Assembly: GCA_002269645.1 (NCBI GenBank)
Contig: NIVC01000616.1
Span: 1 to 64,000, forward strand
Reading direction: 5' to 3'
Origin: Macrostomum lignano
Lineage: Eukaryota
DNA: 64,000 bases
The translations under genes and the position numbers were made by a program. Under the pieces are notes generated by a model. It saw only the letters and a program-made list of their open reading frames with translations, was not told the DNA's origin and did not search any database. The number at the start of each line of letters is the position of its first letter. The stretch's first letter is position 1. Positions 1 to 13,923 of the stretch are shown piece after piece.

Positions 1-1496
1 CAGGCCAAGTGTTCTCCTTCACTTTGACTGACGAGACTGCAGACATCAGAGTGAGCGTTTTTGGCAAGGACCTGAAGTCATTGCTGGAAATGTGCCAAAC
101 GGTCGAGACAGTGCGCATTTCTGGAGGCTGGATCAAAAGGCTGACCAAGGTACAAACATACGGAAAACGAGTATGAGATGAGCGTCTCAGTTGACAAAAG
201 CGGCACCATCATGACTTCAAACGAGACGGTCACAGGCGTTCCCGGGACTACAGGAGGATATCGGAAATTTCTGCATGCCAAAATGAAACGTAAATATCTT
301 GCACTTTATGCCTTTATTTTTTTTTATACATTTTCCTCGTGCTTTGCTTTACTTTAGGGTTAGGGTTAGGGTTAAGCTAGGGTTACGGTTAGAGTTAGGC
401 TGAGGTTAGGGTTAAAAGCTTGACCGATTTTTTAAGATTTCAAGGCTTAATGGGGAGGGGAGCATCGATGAGATGTCAAGGGGGGGGAATTGATATGCTA
501 AGGCTTGTGGGGGGAATTGCTAACATGCCAAGGCTTACAAGGGACTGCTGAGGTATTGCAAAGAGACGCTACATGTAGTTTATTAAAAACTTGTAATGCA
601 TTTTTTGGCTGCCCAACGGGGGGCGCTGATTGCTAGTCATTCAGCTAAATTTGCCCTACTCAAAACTTTCACCGTACGACAGGAAAGTTGACGTTCGTGG
701 CATCATTTCTGCAGTTGAGAAGCCAAAGGAAGTAAAAACTGGTGCCGGAAAGCTCGTCGATTTAGCAAAAGTTACCATCGTTGATCGGTCCGGGTCCTCT
801 GTGTCCTGCACTTTTTGGGCCAGTTCTTCTGCGCAGGTGAATAATTGGTCTATCGGCGACATTCTCGCGATTCATGGCTCTCAAGTCCAAGAGTACGCCC
901 AGATGATAAGCCTCGGCTGTTCGCAAGCAGAAGTGCATCACTGGCCAGAAAATTCGCAAGAGTTCTCCGACCTAACCGAGTGGTACAACGGCGCCACAGC
1001 TAGCCAGCAGCATTTCGAGGCTGTGCGAGCGACACAGATTCCCCACCTGAGCAGCAAGCATCACATGATGAAGAAATGACATTACACTACCCGAACGAAT
1101 GTTTCACCAGTTTAACAACATGCGAAGAATAAGACTGCGTTTCGGAAGCAAAGAGGTTAGTTTATTTCGAAAATGTTTGTTCACTTTAGTTTAATCAAAG
1201 GCAGTTATTATTGTATACTTCTTATGAGTGTTCACTTCAATTTAATCAAAGACAGTTATAATTATATACTTTTCAAACCGAATCCCACTTCACAGGTAAC
1301 ATTTTCACGAGATTCGAACAGCTGGAATCAGCAGATGCCCACAGGCTCTACACCTAGGCCTCTGTACACGAGTGACATGTCTCAGCAGAACAGCTGGAAT
1401 CAGCAGGTACCCACAGGCTCTACACCTAGAACTCCGTACACTGGTGACTCGAGCACTCGAAATCAAGAATTTTTTGACATCACCAGCAGAAGATGA
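1..1496 (+). pseudogene. RPA70-like tandem OB-fold gene, copy 1 (Helitron-type; frameshifted, 5' part outside window). Exons ~1-289, ~680-1155, 1296-1496
   Basis: Translates GQVFSFTLTDETADIRVSVFGKDLK...ISGGW, then KVDVRGIISAVEKPKEVKT...VTIVDRSGSSVSCTFW; collinear with the intact copy at 13924-15332, including last exon VTFSRD; frameshifts near 150, 235 and 1075. Confidence 0.8.
355..415 (+). repeat. Degenerate (TTAGGG)n telomere-like tract inside intron 1 of RPA-like copy 1
   Basis: ttagggttagggttagggttaagctagggttacggttagagttaggctgaggttaggg. Confidence 0.75.
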
Positions 1497-1512
1497 AGAC
1501 TAATTTTTTCTT

Positions 1513-1705
1513 TTTGAATTTCTTCAAACTGAATTCGAACAGATATCAATCAGAAATTTTTTCCTCAACCTCTATTTCTGTGCTGTTGTCTTTTAACTTT
1601 CGCAAATTTTGAATTTCTTCAAACTGAATTCGAACAGATATCAATCAGAACATTTTTTCCTCAACCTCTATTTCTGTGCTGTTGTCTTTTAACTTTCGCA
1701 AATTT
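1513..1705. repeat. ~97-bp tandem duplication
   Basis: ttgaatttcttcaaactgaattcgaacagatatc...aactttcgcaaattt occurs twice in tandem. Confidence 0.9.
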
Positions 1706-2659
1706 ATGCCTCAAAATGCAACTAAAGATATATTTAAGATCTAAAAATCCATTTTAAATTTGTAACTGTAGAAGGGCTTGAATAATATCACCTTTTTACT
1801 TACAGTAGTAATAAGTAATAATCACGCAAAATTCGCTAGCAGTTTGACAAGTTTGAATATTTTTATTTGCATCAATTTGCGACGGAGCCTACGTCTTAAA
1901 TTCGATAAATAAAAATGATTTCCGGGAAAACTTTTACCCAAGGCGTAGGCTCTGAATATTTGTCTTTGTCTTTATTTTTCAACTGTTGTTAAACAGTCGG
2001 ACAAAGGTTTATAGTAGAAGAAGATAATTTTTAAGATACAGGCTTTAACAGTATAATATTTAGATAATAAATAATAAGTAATACTAAAAAGAGCAAGTTT
2101 TAAATTTCGAATGCAATACGATGCATTGAAACTTCTTATTAATTCAAAAAGATAAATGAACGAGTAAGAACCGCTGAGCGTAGGGGAAAAGAATAAAACG
2201 AAAGTTAGTGTTGTTTAGTAATAACGAGTACAGTAATTTATTGATTTACCAATTTAATAGTTAAACAATATTCAAGCAGCCACTATAATATTGTAATATT
2301 ATGCAAATCATGTAACAGTAAAGCTCACTTTCTCAAGGAAATTTTCCGTTCGTCTCTCCTTCTCGCTCAGATTTTTAGTTTGGCTCTCTTTCGTTTGCAC
2401 TTTTGCTTTTTCTTGGTTCTCCCTATTGTTATCGTTTTCAGCCAGTTCAAGAACTCTTTCTCAGCTTTGCAATCATCATTTACTCTGCTTTCGCTGTGAA
2501 TCCAGGGCGTCGCCAACAGAGGGGTCATCTTTCCCTAGTAAAAGCTATACGGCCTCACCACCCAACCATGTGACCCAATATTGAAATCAATAGTATTCCT
2601 TCGGCGAAAAATATAGTGCCTGCAATTCTGCCGCATTAATAATGAAAACTAAGTACGTG

Positions 2660-3305
2660 TGGGACCAAAATGAGTTTCTGCGGCGCTACAAGTAGTGCCT
2701 GCGCTTAAACGAGTGCCTGCGGCGCTAAATGAGTGCCAGCGCCTAAATGAGTGCCTGCGGCGCTAAAATGAGTGCCTGCGGCGCCTAAATGAGTGCCTGC
2801 GGCGCTAAAATGAGTGCCTGCGGCGCCTAAATGAGTGCCTGCGGCGCTAAAATGATGCCTGCGGCGCTAAAATGAGTGCCAGCGCCAAAATGAGTGCCTG
2901 CGGCGCTAAAATGAGTGCCTGCGGCGCTAAAATGAGTGCCTGCGGCGCTAAAATGAGTGCCTGCGGCGCTAAAATGAGTGCCAGCGCCAAAATGAGTGCC
3001 TGCGGCGCCTAAATGAGTGCCTGCGGGGCTAAAATGAGTGCCTGCGGTGCAAAAATGAGTGTCTGAGGCGCCAAAATAAGTGTCTGCGGGTGCCAACATG
3101 AGTTTCTGTGGTGCCAAAATGAGTGTCTGAGGCGCCAAAATAAGTGTCTGCGGTGCAACATGAGTTTCTGTGGTGCCAAAATGAGTGTCCGCCTGCGGTG
3201 CCAAAATAAGTGTCTGCCTGCGGCGCCAAAACGAGTGTCTGCGGTGCCAAAATGAGTTTCTGTGGTACCAAATGAGTGTCTGCCGGCGACGCCAAAATAA
3301 GCGCC
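2660..3305. repeat. ~21-22-bp minisatellite (aaatgagtgcctgcggcgcta)n, degenerating rightwards
   Basis: Directly visible tandem units. Confidence 0.95.
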
Positions 3306-4305
3306 TTAAATGAATCCTTTGACCTTTCTGAAGTTTGCAATTTTCATTTTCTGCAATTTTGCATACTCCTTGACTCAGCTTTTGCAAAAATATTTTCTCA
3401 GCAATACTCCCATCTAACTCTAATTTTAAGTTAGATCTCTCGATCTCATATTTTTATTGGTCTCTTTCTTTCGCGCTAAAATTTTCTGTTCGGCTCTATT
3501 TCCTTAGCCTTTGCGCTTTGCCTCAGTCTATTCGTATTTATTGTTTCGCCAAAGATTAAGAAATGAAGTAAGACAAAAGCTTCATTCAGGGCCTTCGCCT
3601 TAGTTAAAATTGACATCTTGCGAGTTTCGTATATTATTCAACTTTCAATATATGGAAGACGAAGGCCCCGTCGCAAGTTGATGCAAATCGTTTTTTATGA
3701 GCTTACAGTCCACAGTTGTTACAGGTGACTTGAGATATTTTGGATTTTTGAAAAAAGACTGTCAATCGTAGTTTGCGTAAAAATTCACTCTAAATGTTAA
3801 GTTTTTGCACACCTTGGAAAACTAAAAACAAAATTGTTTCGTCTTTTGCATAAATTTGCGATATAAAATAGGTAAAGTTAGTATTCGAATTATAATGAAA
3901 TTTCAGGTGAAAAATAAAAGACAAATTAACTGCTCATCAAAGACTTAATTCATTCAAAGCAGTGCAAAAGAAGGTTTGTTTCAAAAGTTACTTTCGGCTA
4001 ATATGAAATTGCCTTAAAATACAAATTAACTGTAAAATGACTGTAAAAATTAATACAATGAATAAAATAAGCCTAATTGAGCTTCAACATTAAGTTCATC
4101 AGCTATTAGCTCGTACTCACTGCCATTGCAATATCTACGCTTCGTTAGAAATGAGGTTGGGGCAATAAGTTTCCTGCGATTCTTTTAGGAATGAGAGCTA
4201 CCACTTTAGAGATATGGGGAAATAATTATTCTATTTTTCCTTAAAAATAAATGAATATACTTTCTAGCCTTTTGCATAAGGAAAATTATTGCTCACCCCT
4301 CATTT

Positions 4306-7300
4306 TCAGTCTCGCAAGCACCGGTCGACGGCCTCCAAATCCTTCCGGTTTGTCATAGAAATCTCGTCCCAGACAATTAGATGCACTGTCCGAAATACAG
4401 CGGCCTGTTTGGACTGCGCTCCAACAGCGCACACGTCTTTGCTCGAACGGATCGCCCGAATTGGTATCTTGAACCTGGCATAGACAAATAGTTTCAGCAT
4501 GCCGAACATATTTACAGCACACGAAATATTTACAACTGCTTTTTGAAATAACAATAAATTACTCACGTTGAATGCGCCGTCTGTCCACCTGGCAAAAGAG
4601 TCGCTGCGATTCCAGAAGCCGCAACGGCGAGGGCGACTTCCCCCCGGCTGCGCACGAAGGCTAGCAGAACCTCTAGAAGGAAGGTCTTGCCAGTGCCAGC
4701 AGGTGCGTCCAGGAAGTGCAAGCCGCTGGTGCCGTCCACAAGATTCTGAGTCACGGACTCGTACACCGCTTTCTGCTCATCTGTCAGCATTGGTAAGCGC
4801 GCCTCAGTAATCAGTGCCTGCTCAACCGTATCAAACTGCATTGGTCCATCTTGAGGTGTCACGGAGGCCGCAGGCAGGCCGTACTCTGGCAGGCTTCTCC
4901 CGCCCATGGAGATCAGCATGCTCTGAAGCTCACGCAGCGCCAGGTCAGTAATCTCCTCGGTGCTCAAGTCTCGGTGGTGAAACCGCAGGTCCTCGCTGAG
5001 ATCCTCGGCAAAACTGCACCAGAGGTCGCTGCCATCCTCAGGCTCACCCCATATGAGAATTACGGCCAGAAGATGTCTCAGGGCTCTTGGCATTCTTGAC
5101 TGAACGGCCTCAGCTAGACACCGCCGCCAGTGATCATCTCGCTGCAGCAGGCCAAGGGCCATGCAAGCAGCCTTGGCGCTCGATGCACAACGCCGTCCAC
5201 GGTCTGCAGCGCCTCGAAGCTAGTCGGTCCCCTAACATTCAAAAGGAGCATTCGAACATAAAATAAATCACCTGCTCTTGGACTCACCGTGTACATGCGT
5301 GCAACGTTTTTGTTCCGCACTACACCCGGATGGCCATCGACTCGCACACCCTGCTTGGCCCGCCGCCACTCTCTTTCGCTGGAGTGCCACACGAAGTAGG
5401 ACGGCACCTCCGTGTAGAGCAAGGACCCAGCAAATTCGTCAATACGGCACAGCTTGAAAAATGCCGTCAAGTCGAATCCTTCGGCGTTCTCGCTTTTGCT
5501 CTTGCGGTCCCTCGTTGAAATACACGAGCTGCTCTTCCGACTTGTGAACGCAGAGTCGGATGACCGCCGGAAACCTGTTGTGCACCTGATCAGAAAGTGA
5601 AGGAAAATATACAGCCTTTAAGTTTCGATGGAAATTCAATTTATACTATGACGAGGTTTCACAGCTCTGGTTAAAATGAGCCAATAATAATTAGAATGCG
5701 AATTACTTCAAAGCCCAAGATGGTATTCACGGCTTCCATTGGACCAATGTAGCGCGCGGACAGGTACTCCTTAATCTCATCACGCCGCGGCTCATTTCGT
5801 GTCGTTTGCGTCGGCTGCTGGTTACCCACTGCCTGCTCTCTCGGTTCAGTAGAATTCCTATTGGCATCGACTTTGAACGTCGCCATGTCGCCACCCTTTA
5901 ACAGGTACTTGATCACGTACTTGACCGACTTCACAGTGGCGCAAACTTCGACGTTCAAGTGGCACGCAAACTGGAGCAACAGGTCAGGGCTGTACGGAAC
6001 GACCCACCTGTTTTAATGAAAAAATAATATCATTAACTTTCAGAAACAAAAGCTGCAATGCACAACTAAGCAATATATTAGCGTTTGAACTTCCCTGTTG
6101 TCCATGCGAATGCTCCGGCCTTTGAACAGTTTGTCCACTGTAAATCCGCCCATCTCAGGCGATAGTCTGCGGTACAGTGGGTAGCCAGTATCGCTGGTCA
6201 GCGTCACCTGCTGGAACTCTTTCGGAAAGCCCTTGCTGCATTCGCCATTCTCCATGCAAGGACACGCCGGATTCTCCTTGCCGCAGGGGCCATGGATCAT
6301 GTGCGTCTTCACCAGCTCATACAGCACAGGCTGCTGCTCTGGGTCCGGAATCTCGGCAGACACGATGTCATCGTATCGGTCCGGAGTCACTCGCTGACCG
6401 CTCACGAGCCACAGCAGAAAGTGCACATGAGGAAGACCTGGAGCGTCAAAAAAGTATTAAAAAATATCACAAAACCTTTGTAAATCTAAATTTTCAATAA
6501 ATCTTAAAACTTTGATTCTTGCAAGTCAGAATTTTTACTCACCACGCTTCTGGTACTCCAGTGAGCAAACGTGAGCGGCCTCTTTCCCATAGCGCTTGGT
6601 CAACTGGGCCAGCAGAGCTTTCTCTTCATTTCAAAGACTCGGCTAACAATGTCGGGCCGGTCTTCTGCCCGCTGTCCAGGCAGAAGCTGAGCGCTGATCT
6701 CCGGCCATTTCGGATTGCACGTTGCGGTGACAAACAGGTCCGGCTTACCGAACTTGTGAACATAGGTCATAGCGTCCTGTAGCCTCTCCATCAGGTACCT
6801 TGGCCCGCCAACGAAGCTCGAAGACAGAAGCACATGCGCGGGCTTGCCTATGTCACTCGGATCTCTGTCGGTAGACCTGCCATCAGCTGCAAACAGAGCG
6901 TCCCGCAGACCGCTGTACGTCTCGCTGCGCAGGTCCTGCTGATGGGTCCGCAAATACAGCAGCCTCTCTGCCTCAATCTTGGCACACATGTCCACCAAGT
7001 ACTGCTGAAATAATCTTCGGCCATAGTGCAGCACACTGAACTGGCCCGCTCGCACCATGATTTCGCTCGCATAGTATTTCATGGGCGTCAATTTCTTGCC
7101 ATTACTCATCAGCAACTCCGGGTGCCAGCCATCTTCGCCATTCGGGAACAGCAGCACATACTCCAGCGGGTCGTATGAGCGGTGCGTCTCGCTGATTCTC
7201 GGGAACCGCCTCCACGCAGTTGAATCACACGTCCCGACTGGCCGGTGTGTTCTCATTGTCCTCCACAATCAGGATACCGACCTCGTTCGCCGTAGGCAAG

Positions 7301-9360
7301 TTGTAGCGCCTTATTTTGAACGGAGTTTGTGGGATACTGAGTTTGTACAAATTGGATAATTTATTACGCAAAATATCTTATTAGAATGTCTTGCAGACAT
7401 ACCGAATGTGTTCCCCAGATGGTCGACGGTCAGGGTGAATCACGATTCGCGCATCTCCCAACTCCGGATCTTGACTGATTCGATGAGCGACTGCCCTCAG
7501 GCTGCGGACATAGCCGTTGCACTCGTGAAGCAGCGTCTGCAATAGCTCCAGTAGCTCCGGCTTCACCTTCTGGCTGAGACTCTGGCGGCTTTCAAGTTCG
7601 CGATCATTGAAATACACCTGCCAGCCATGGGGCTCAGCTGAATCCTCTGCAAACAGCGGCGCCGTGTTGTGATGCAACTGGCCGCTGATGATGAAGCTGG
7701 GACACCAGCCTGGCACCAACCGCAGTTTGGCACCCAGCGATGTCAGGTGCAGCGCCGAGTTGTAACTCCGAATGTTGGTCAGGAACTCGGCACTCAGTCT
7801 GTGCCGCCCCAGGTACAGATCCGCCAGCACTTGAGGCACGGTGCGGCTGGGCAGCTTTACCTTGCCTTTGGCGCAGCAGAAATTCCTCGTCTCAGAGCAC
7901 CAAAGTAATGCACCGCATTGGTCGCATGCTCTGTCCATTGGGCCACAGTTATGGGCTGGCGCTTCAGGCCTGATAATCCGTTCTGGCCTGTGATTGGAAG
8001 GATTAGGATTAGGAAGGATTAATGGCAAACAGTTTTCCCAGTTAATCTTTCAGTTTACAAAAAAATTTATTGGAATAAAACAACTTGAGTTCGATGACAA
8101 ATAAATTATGATGACCAGTCACACCAATGACCTACCTCTCTTGAGCAGGTCTTGCGCCAAAATGACCTGCACTCTGCTGAGTTAATCTTGGCTCCTCTGC
8201 ATCTGCAATGGGCTCAGAAACTGAAATCGGATTAGCAAATCGCAATGACTCATAATGCTCATGACGCAAAAGAATTCGGACGATTGCAATCGGTGGCTGC
8301 AAAGGGACATACAGTACTGCAGTACAGTGCCGTTTCTTGATAAATCACCAGATCAACATTAAAACAACGGCTTAAAAGCGGAACAACTTCATCAGGCACA
8401 TATGTGCCTTCAGAAAAAGAGGAATCAACAATGAAATCAGCATTTTCTGGCAAAACAAAGCCTTGTTCAATCAATTCTGGCATAATCTGCACTACACGGC
8501 TCGTCAGCTCGTGTCTTAAAGATGCCGCATCGGTCTCAAGTGGAGTGCCCTGCAACTGATCACAGACTGCATGAAAAAAACAGTTCCCATCACCAGGAAT
8601 GCGAATTATGCGCAACGCATCAAAAGGTACCACAGACGGTGTGGCCAACTCACTACTATCAAACCTGGAATATAGGAAAAAAATTATACACAACTTCATT
8701 TGCCGGTAATTAAAGTAGTGACGAATAAATTTTATGCTACTCTATACTGATCTCTTAAATAAAACTCTTGGAAAGCAATCGACTTGAAAAGATGAGAAAA
8801 AATGCACGAAACAGATTCCAGTTTTTAATTATATGCCCAAGTACCAAAAAAACATCAGCTAAGATAGAAAATACCCCGAATTAGGCACAATGGGCACTTG
8901 GATTTTATATAGCTATAAAATATATAGCTCCAATTAAAATGTCATCCTACCTGCCAGCCGACACTCCTCGACGGCGAATTTGCTCGGCTTCCACTCGAGC
9001 TCTTCGTTGCTCTTCGGTTTCTGAAGCGCGTCGCTTCTCCGCACGAGTTCTGTCTCCAGATCTACGCTCTTCTCGCTGAGCCTCAGTTTCAGTTGCCCTT
9101 CGCTCAGCCTCCTGCTGCCGGTGTCCAGCCAGACGCTCTTCCCGCTTAGCCTCAGTTTCAGTTGCCCTTCGCTCAGCATTCTCCTGCCGGAGTCTTGTCA
9201 GACGCTCTTCTCGCTGAGACTCAGTTTCAGTTGCCCTTCGCTCAGCCTCCTGCTGCCGGTGTCCAGCCAGACGCTCTTCTCGCTGAACGGCACTCTCTTG
9301 CTGACGCTTCTTCTTGGCATCTCTGCTCTTCTTCAAAGCGCTGGTGCCACGTCGAGTATT
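4306..9360 (-). pseudogene. Helitron 1 STPR-OTU-ZnF-Rep-helicase gene, spliced, with several frameshifts, no clear ATG, truncated after helicase motif II
   Basis: 23-aa repeats (QREERLAGHRQQEAERRATETE), OTU IPGDGNCFFHAV...RHEHYESL, CDQCGALLW...CCAKGKVKLP, GKPDLFVTATCNPKWPEI, EYQKR|GLPHVHFLL, KYVIKYLLKG, FLDAPAGTGKTFL, IVWDEISM; introns at positions equivalent to Helitron 2. Confidence 0.9.
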
Positions 9361-10631
9361 TTGCAATTTGTATTTAAAAATAATAATTCAGAGTGATAAT
9401 GAAAAGTAAAAATTATTAAGGCAATTTGCACGAGAAAAGAGAAAGATTGAGAACTACATGCATTGACACGCTTTTTAAACTCAGCGAACCACACCACCCC
9501 AAAAAGCTAGACCACCCTCTTGTACGAGTACACTGTTAAATATGTACATTGTGTACATTGTGTACACTAAGCCTAAGTTCTCTCCCCAACACCCTATGCT
9601 AATTGGTCAAGACTTTTTTAGCCTAGCCTAGTTTAATTAATTTAAATATCTGTTTCAGAAAAGGCTCAGTCCATTTGTGTAGCAATGTTGCATTCTGATT
9701 TGAATCGATCATATAAGAAATATATTATTTCTCTCTGTTTTGGGGTTTGCGGGTGAATAATTTAGAATTTGGTTTGTTATCCTTTTACGCTCGTATTATT
9801 GTCAGTGTCAGTGTGCAGTGTACAGTGTTAGTGTATGTTATTATGGATGCCTTTACTTAGAAGCGATTCTAGCCAAGGTGAATTATAATTTATTGGGTGC
9901 ATAGGTGGCGCATTCAATATTCACTTTCACTGGGTTAAAGTAGAAGTCACATGAAGCAGTTACGAAATTATTAATTTCTCAGTTTGCAAAAGCATGTTTT
10001 TCGAATATTTAATCCCTTTAGCATTGATACATGTACCGTAAGAGGAAATTTCTGATCGAATGGGCTATCTCTTGTCAATTACACTGTGGCTCTTATAATT
10101 CAATTCTTTCACCATGTCAGTTAGAGTAAAATTTATGACATAATCAATTTCTCAGTCAGCAAGCATCAATTTCAATTTCAATTTAAGTTAGCAATATGGT
10201 TACACAATTTCAATCGACTCTGATGCTATGCTTCCATATTGTTTTTTTAACACTGCGAGCCCAGTACACGGACAATAAATAAATACAATATGGTTATGCA
10301 ATCTCAATCAAGTCTTGTGTGCTTTTCTTCGACACTGTTTTCAACTTGTTGTGATGCAATCTTTATCACAATCGGAATTCAGCCAGTCAGTTTTTTCTCT
10401 AGCATTCTTACAATGCATTTCAGGTCGAAAGTTCTGCTTGACCTTTGCAAAAAAGCATGTTTTTCGAATATTTAATGCTTTAACATTGAGCAATTTCTTA
10501 GCCAGGATGCATGTACCGTCCCAGGAAAATTTCTGATCGAATGGTGCAAGTTTGAAGAAAATCGGTTGAGCCGTTTTTTCTGGAATCTATCTCACACATA
10601 CACACAGACATTTCATTTTTAGTATATAGGA
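4306..10631 (-). mobile_element. Helitron 1 (degenerate, 3'-truncated)
   Basis: 5' end TCCTATATACTAAAAATGAAATG at 10631; ~550-bp 5' block (10080-10631) homologous to 26155-26605; RepHel exons downstream; homology stops inside the helicase at ~4309. Confidence 0.85.
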
Positions 10632-10663
10632 CTAGCTAAAGTTTTGCCCCCCTTCGGGGAGCA
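10632..10663 (-). other. Helitron 3' terminus: subterminal hairpin + CTAG
   Basis: Minus strand tgctcccc-gaa-ggggggca aaactttag CTAG|T; 8-bp stem with one mismatch. Confidence 0.8.
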
Positions 10664-12429
10664 GAAATAATTAATATTCGTCTAATATAATATACCTTTT
10701 AGCAGGAGTACTTTAAGTGTCTTTCTTAAGCTTAAGCTTAAAATAGGAATTTTTGGAGATCGTTAATAACGCATTTTAGGTAAAACAAAACTATCAACTT
10801 TTTACAGTTTTTTAGTTTAGAGCCCTGTATATGTCAACGTGTTTGATAAAAATTATTTTATTTATTTAGTTTATAAAACTGTTGAGATCACTTTTTTAGT
10901 TGTTACTGAAAATAAATTAAATAATATTCCAAGAAATTGCGACTTTCCGAGAAATGACTTGCTTTATTCCGATTTTCTTGTTGCTTGTATTGCTCATGTG
11001 TACTACAGTTTTATACACATCCCGAGAAATTTTTTACTTTCTTCATTTGTAAGTGAATTTCTTAGCCCTGCTCATCGTACTAACTGCGACTGCAATGTTC
11101 CGAACAATAAGTAGCTCAGCATTGCAACTATTGCCCTTGAATGAGGCCCCTCTTATTATAATAAATGACTTAAAGAGTCAGTTCAATGCAGCTATCTCAT
11201 TGTGAATGGACTTTGCAAAAGCAACTGGAGCTACATCCTTCGACCTTTGGTTTGACACTTTTAATAAAGCTAACATTGGCTATATATAGGCATGATATAT
11301 GATATATATTATCATGCTAAATTCCCCTTTCTTTTCTAGTCACACTCCTCAGCAGACTTCTCTTTTCTTATATGCCTCATTCACATTGTCAAATCTTATT
11401 TTGAATCAAATCCTATATGACATAAAAGTCTATTTCAAATTAGATCCATTTTGATAGTTCAAAATGGTTAGCTCATATCAATGGCTAATTAAATATCAAT
11501 GGATCAATTTCTAATCTCCTTTCTTTTTCTTAATGATTCCAGTTCTGATCAGATCCTATTTCTCATCTGACCTCTTTTCTTAGTAATCCATTTTGTATCA
11601 TTCTTCATTATAAATGCATGCCTGACAATTTATCTTTTAAAATAGAATAAGGCAGGTACCAGGTGTGCAGATTCATGAATCATGGGACTGGTCTTTGTCC
11701 ACTGAAACATTTTTTGTATTTCTTCAATTGCAAAACACATTGAAAACAACAAAACAACAACAATTGAGTGAGCATCTGGCAAAATTATTATTATACAAAT
11801 ACATATCATTATGACATTATAAGAAAACAAACTCCAAATGTAGAGAATTCAGCGATTTTCCTCTTTCGTTTGTTAAATTATTTTTTCGACAGAAACAAGT
11901 TGTGACTACTGAGTAATGTCAGAAAACGACAGTAATGGGACAGTAATGGGATTCAGTTCAATGAAAAAAGAAAAAATTGCATTGCACCTAAAAATATTAC
12001 CCACAAACAGTAAACATGATGCACTTGCAGAAGGCTCCGCCAACAAGACAGTATCATTGCACAGTTCATTGCATTTGACTGCAAGAATAATGGTGTCAAT
12101 CCTACTGCTTGTTGGCTTGCTTTACTCTGCACTGCTGGTCAGAGGCATTCACTGGGGCAAGTTAAGTTCACGCACTCAACGTCACACAAAAAGCTTAGCT
12201 ATCACAAGTCTCTAGGTTTGCTGAAGCTGCTTCAAACCTCTCTCTCATGGCTGCATACCCTCAGTTTTAGAGTGGAAGAACCTCTGAATCGTGAAAAAGC
12301 AGCGAACACGTTATTTCAACCACAATCTCAACGCCCATTGATATGCAGCCAACCTGCTATATATTCACCTAATATTTACCTACATTAATTTCACTATTAC
12401 TTATTAACTTTCATGGCACAACTAAATTG

Positions 12430-13720
12430 GGATCCGATTGTATCCGATCCTATTCTGGTTTGCCTTGATCCCAATCTAGTTATGCAATGATCTCAATCTA
12501 GTTATGAAAGGATCTCAATTTAGTTATGCAATAATCCCATTTTAGTTACGCCAAATGATCCCAATTACGCTAAGCAATGATCTTAGTTCTGTTATGCAAT
12601 GAACCCAATTAGGCTAAGCAATGATCTCACTTCTGTTATGCCACAAACACAATTTAGCTAAGCAATGATCTCACTTCTGTTATGCCACAAACACAATTTA
12701 GCTATTGGGTTGGGAACCCAATTGGCTATTGGGAACCCAATCCGATCCTATTCTGGTTTGCCTTGATCCCAACTCGTAGCAGAAAATTTTCATTACCTTA
12801 CGGACGCCCCTCTTACTAATCATAATTCTGGTAAACTATGAATCCAATTTTCCATTCTTCAATGATCCCATTCGTATCATGCCATGAGCCCAATTTCATT
12901 ATGCGATAATTCCAATTCTGGTTTGCTATGATCCCAATTTAGTATGCAAGGATCCCAACTTAGTTATGCCAAATGATCCCAATTACGCTAAGCAATGATC
13001 TTAGTTCTGTTATGCAATGAACCCAATTAGGCTAAGCAATGATCTCACTTCTGTTATGCCACAAACACAATTTAGCTAAGCAATGATCTTACTTCTGTTA
13101 TGCCACAAACACAATTTAGCTAAGCAATGATTTAGGATTGATATATAAGATTCTGTGAATTTAGGATTGGGATCTAAGAGATTCTATGAATTTAGGATTG
13201 GGATCTAAGAGATTCTATGAATTTAGGATTGGGATTTAAGAGATTCTATGAATTTAGGATTGGAATCTAATAGATTCTGTGAATTTAGCATTGGGATCTA
13301 AGAGATTCTGTGAATTTAGGATTGGGATCTAAGAGATTCTAAGAATTTAGCATTGGGATCTAAGAGATTCTATGAATTTAGGATTGGGATCTAAGAGATT
13401 CTGTGAATTTAGGATTGGGATCTAAGAGATCCCATGAATTTAGGATTGGGATCTAAGAGATTCTATGAATTTAGGATTGGGATCTAAGAGATTCTGTGAA
13501 TTTAGGATTGGGATCTAAGAGATTCTGTGAACCCAATGAACAAGCAATGAACCCAATTTAGCTAAGCAATGCTCTCAGTTCTGTAATGCCATAAACCCAA
13601 TTTAACTAAGCAATGATCTCAGTTCTGTTATGCAATGAACCCAATTTCGCTAAGCAATGATCTCAGTTCTGTTATGCAATGAACACAATTTAGCTAATCA
13701 TTTTGCTTAGCTAATCACTG
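12430..13720. repeat. Compound satellite: ~44-bp units (gctaagcaatgatctcacttctgttatgcc...) flanking ~13 copies of a 31-bp unit (13133-13530)
   Basis: 31-mer gaatttaggattgggatctaagagattctat; the flanking units carry the inverted motif gatcccaat. Confidence 0.9.
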
Positions 13721-13923
13721 ATCCCAATTCCATTATGATCCCATCTAATTTTAATTTATTAGGTGAATAAAGCAGGATTTACCTGATACGTCTCATCGGG
13801 CCGTATTATACATATCAGGTTAAACTACTTGTGATGGCTATCGAACTCAGATGCGCTACTGGCAGACAAAAATGCACTCAAGCATTACTCACGTTAATTG
13901 CATCTTTATTAGTCTTTCAAGTC

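Noticed and set aside
355-415. True telomere or chromosome-end scar
   Set aside because: Short, degenerate and intronic; more likely part of a small inserted repeat
2827-3387. 186-aa and 103-aa ORFs
   Set aside because: Artefacts of a 21-bp minisatellite without stops
2340-3530. Decayed STPR-like coding relics flanking the 21-bp minisatellite
   Set aside because: Only faint resemblance (TEAKR-like) with many stops; too weak to call
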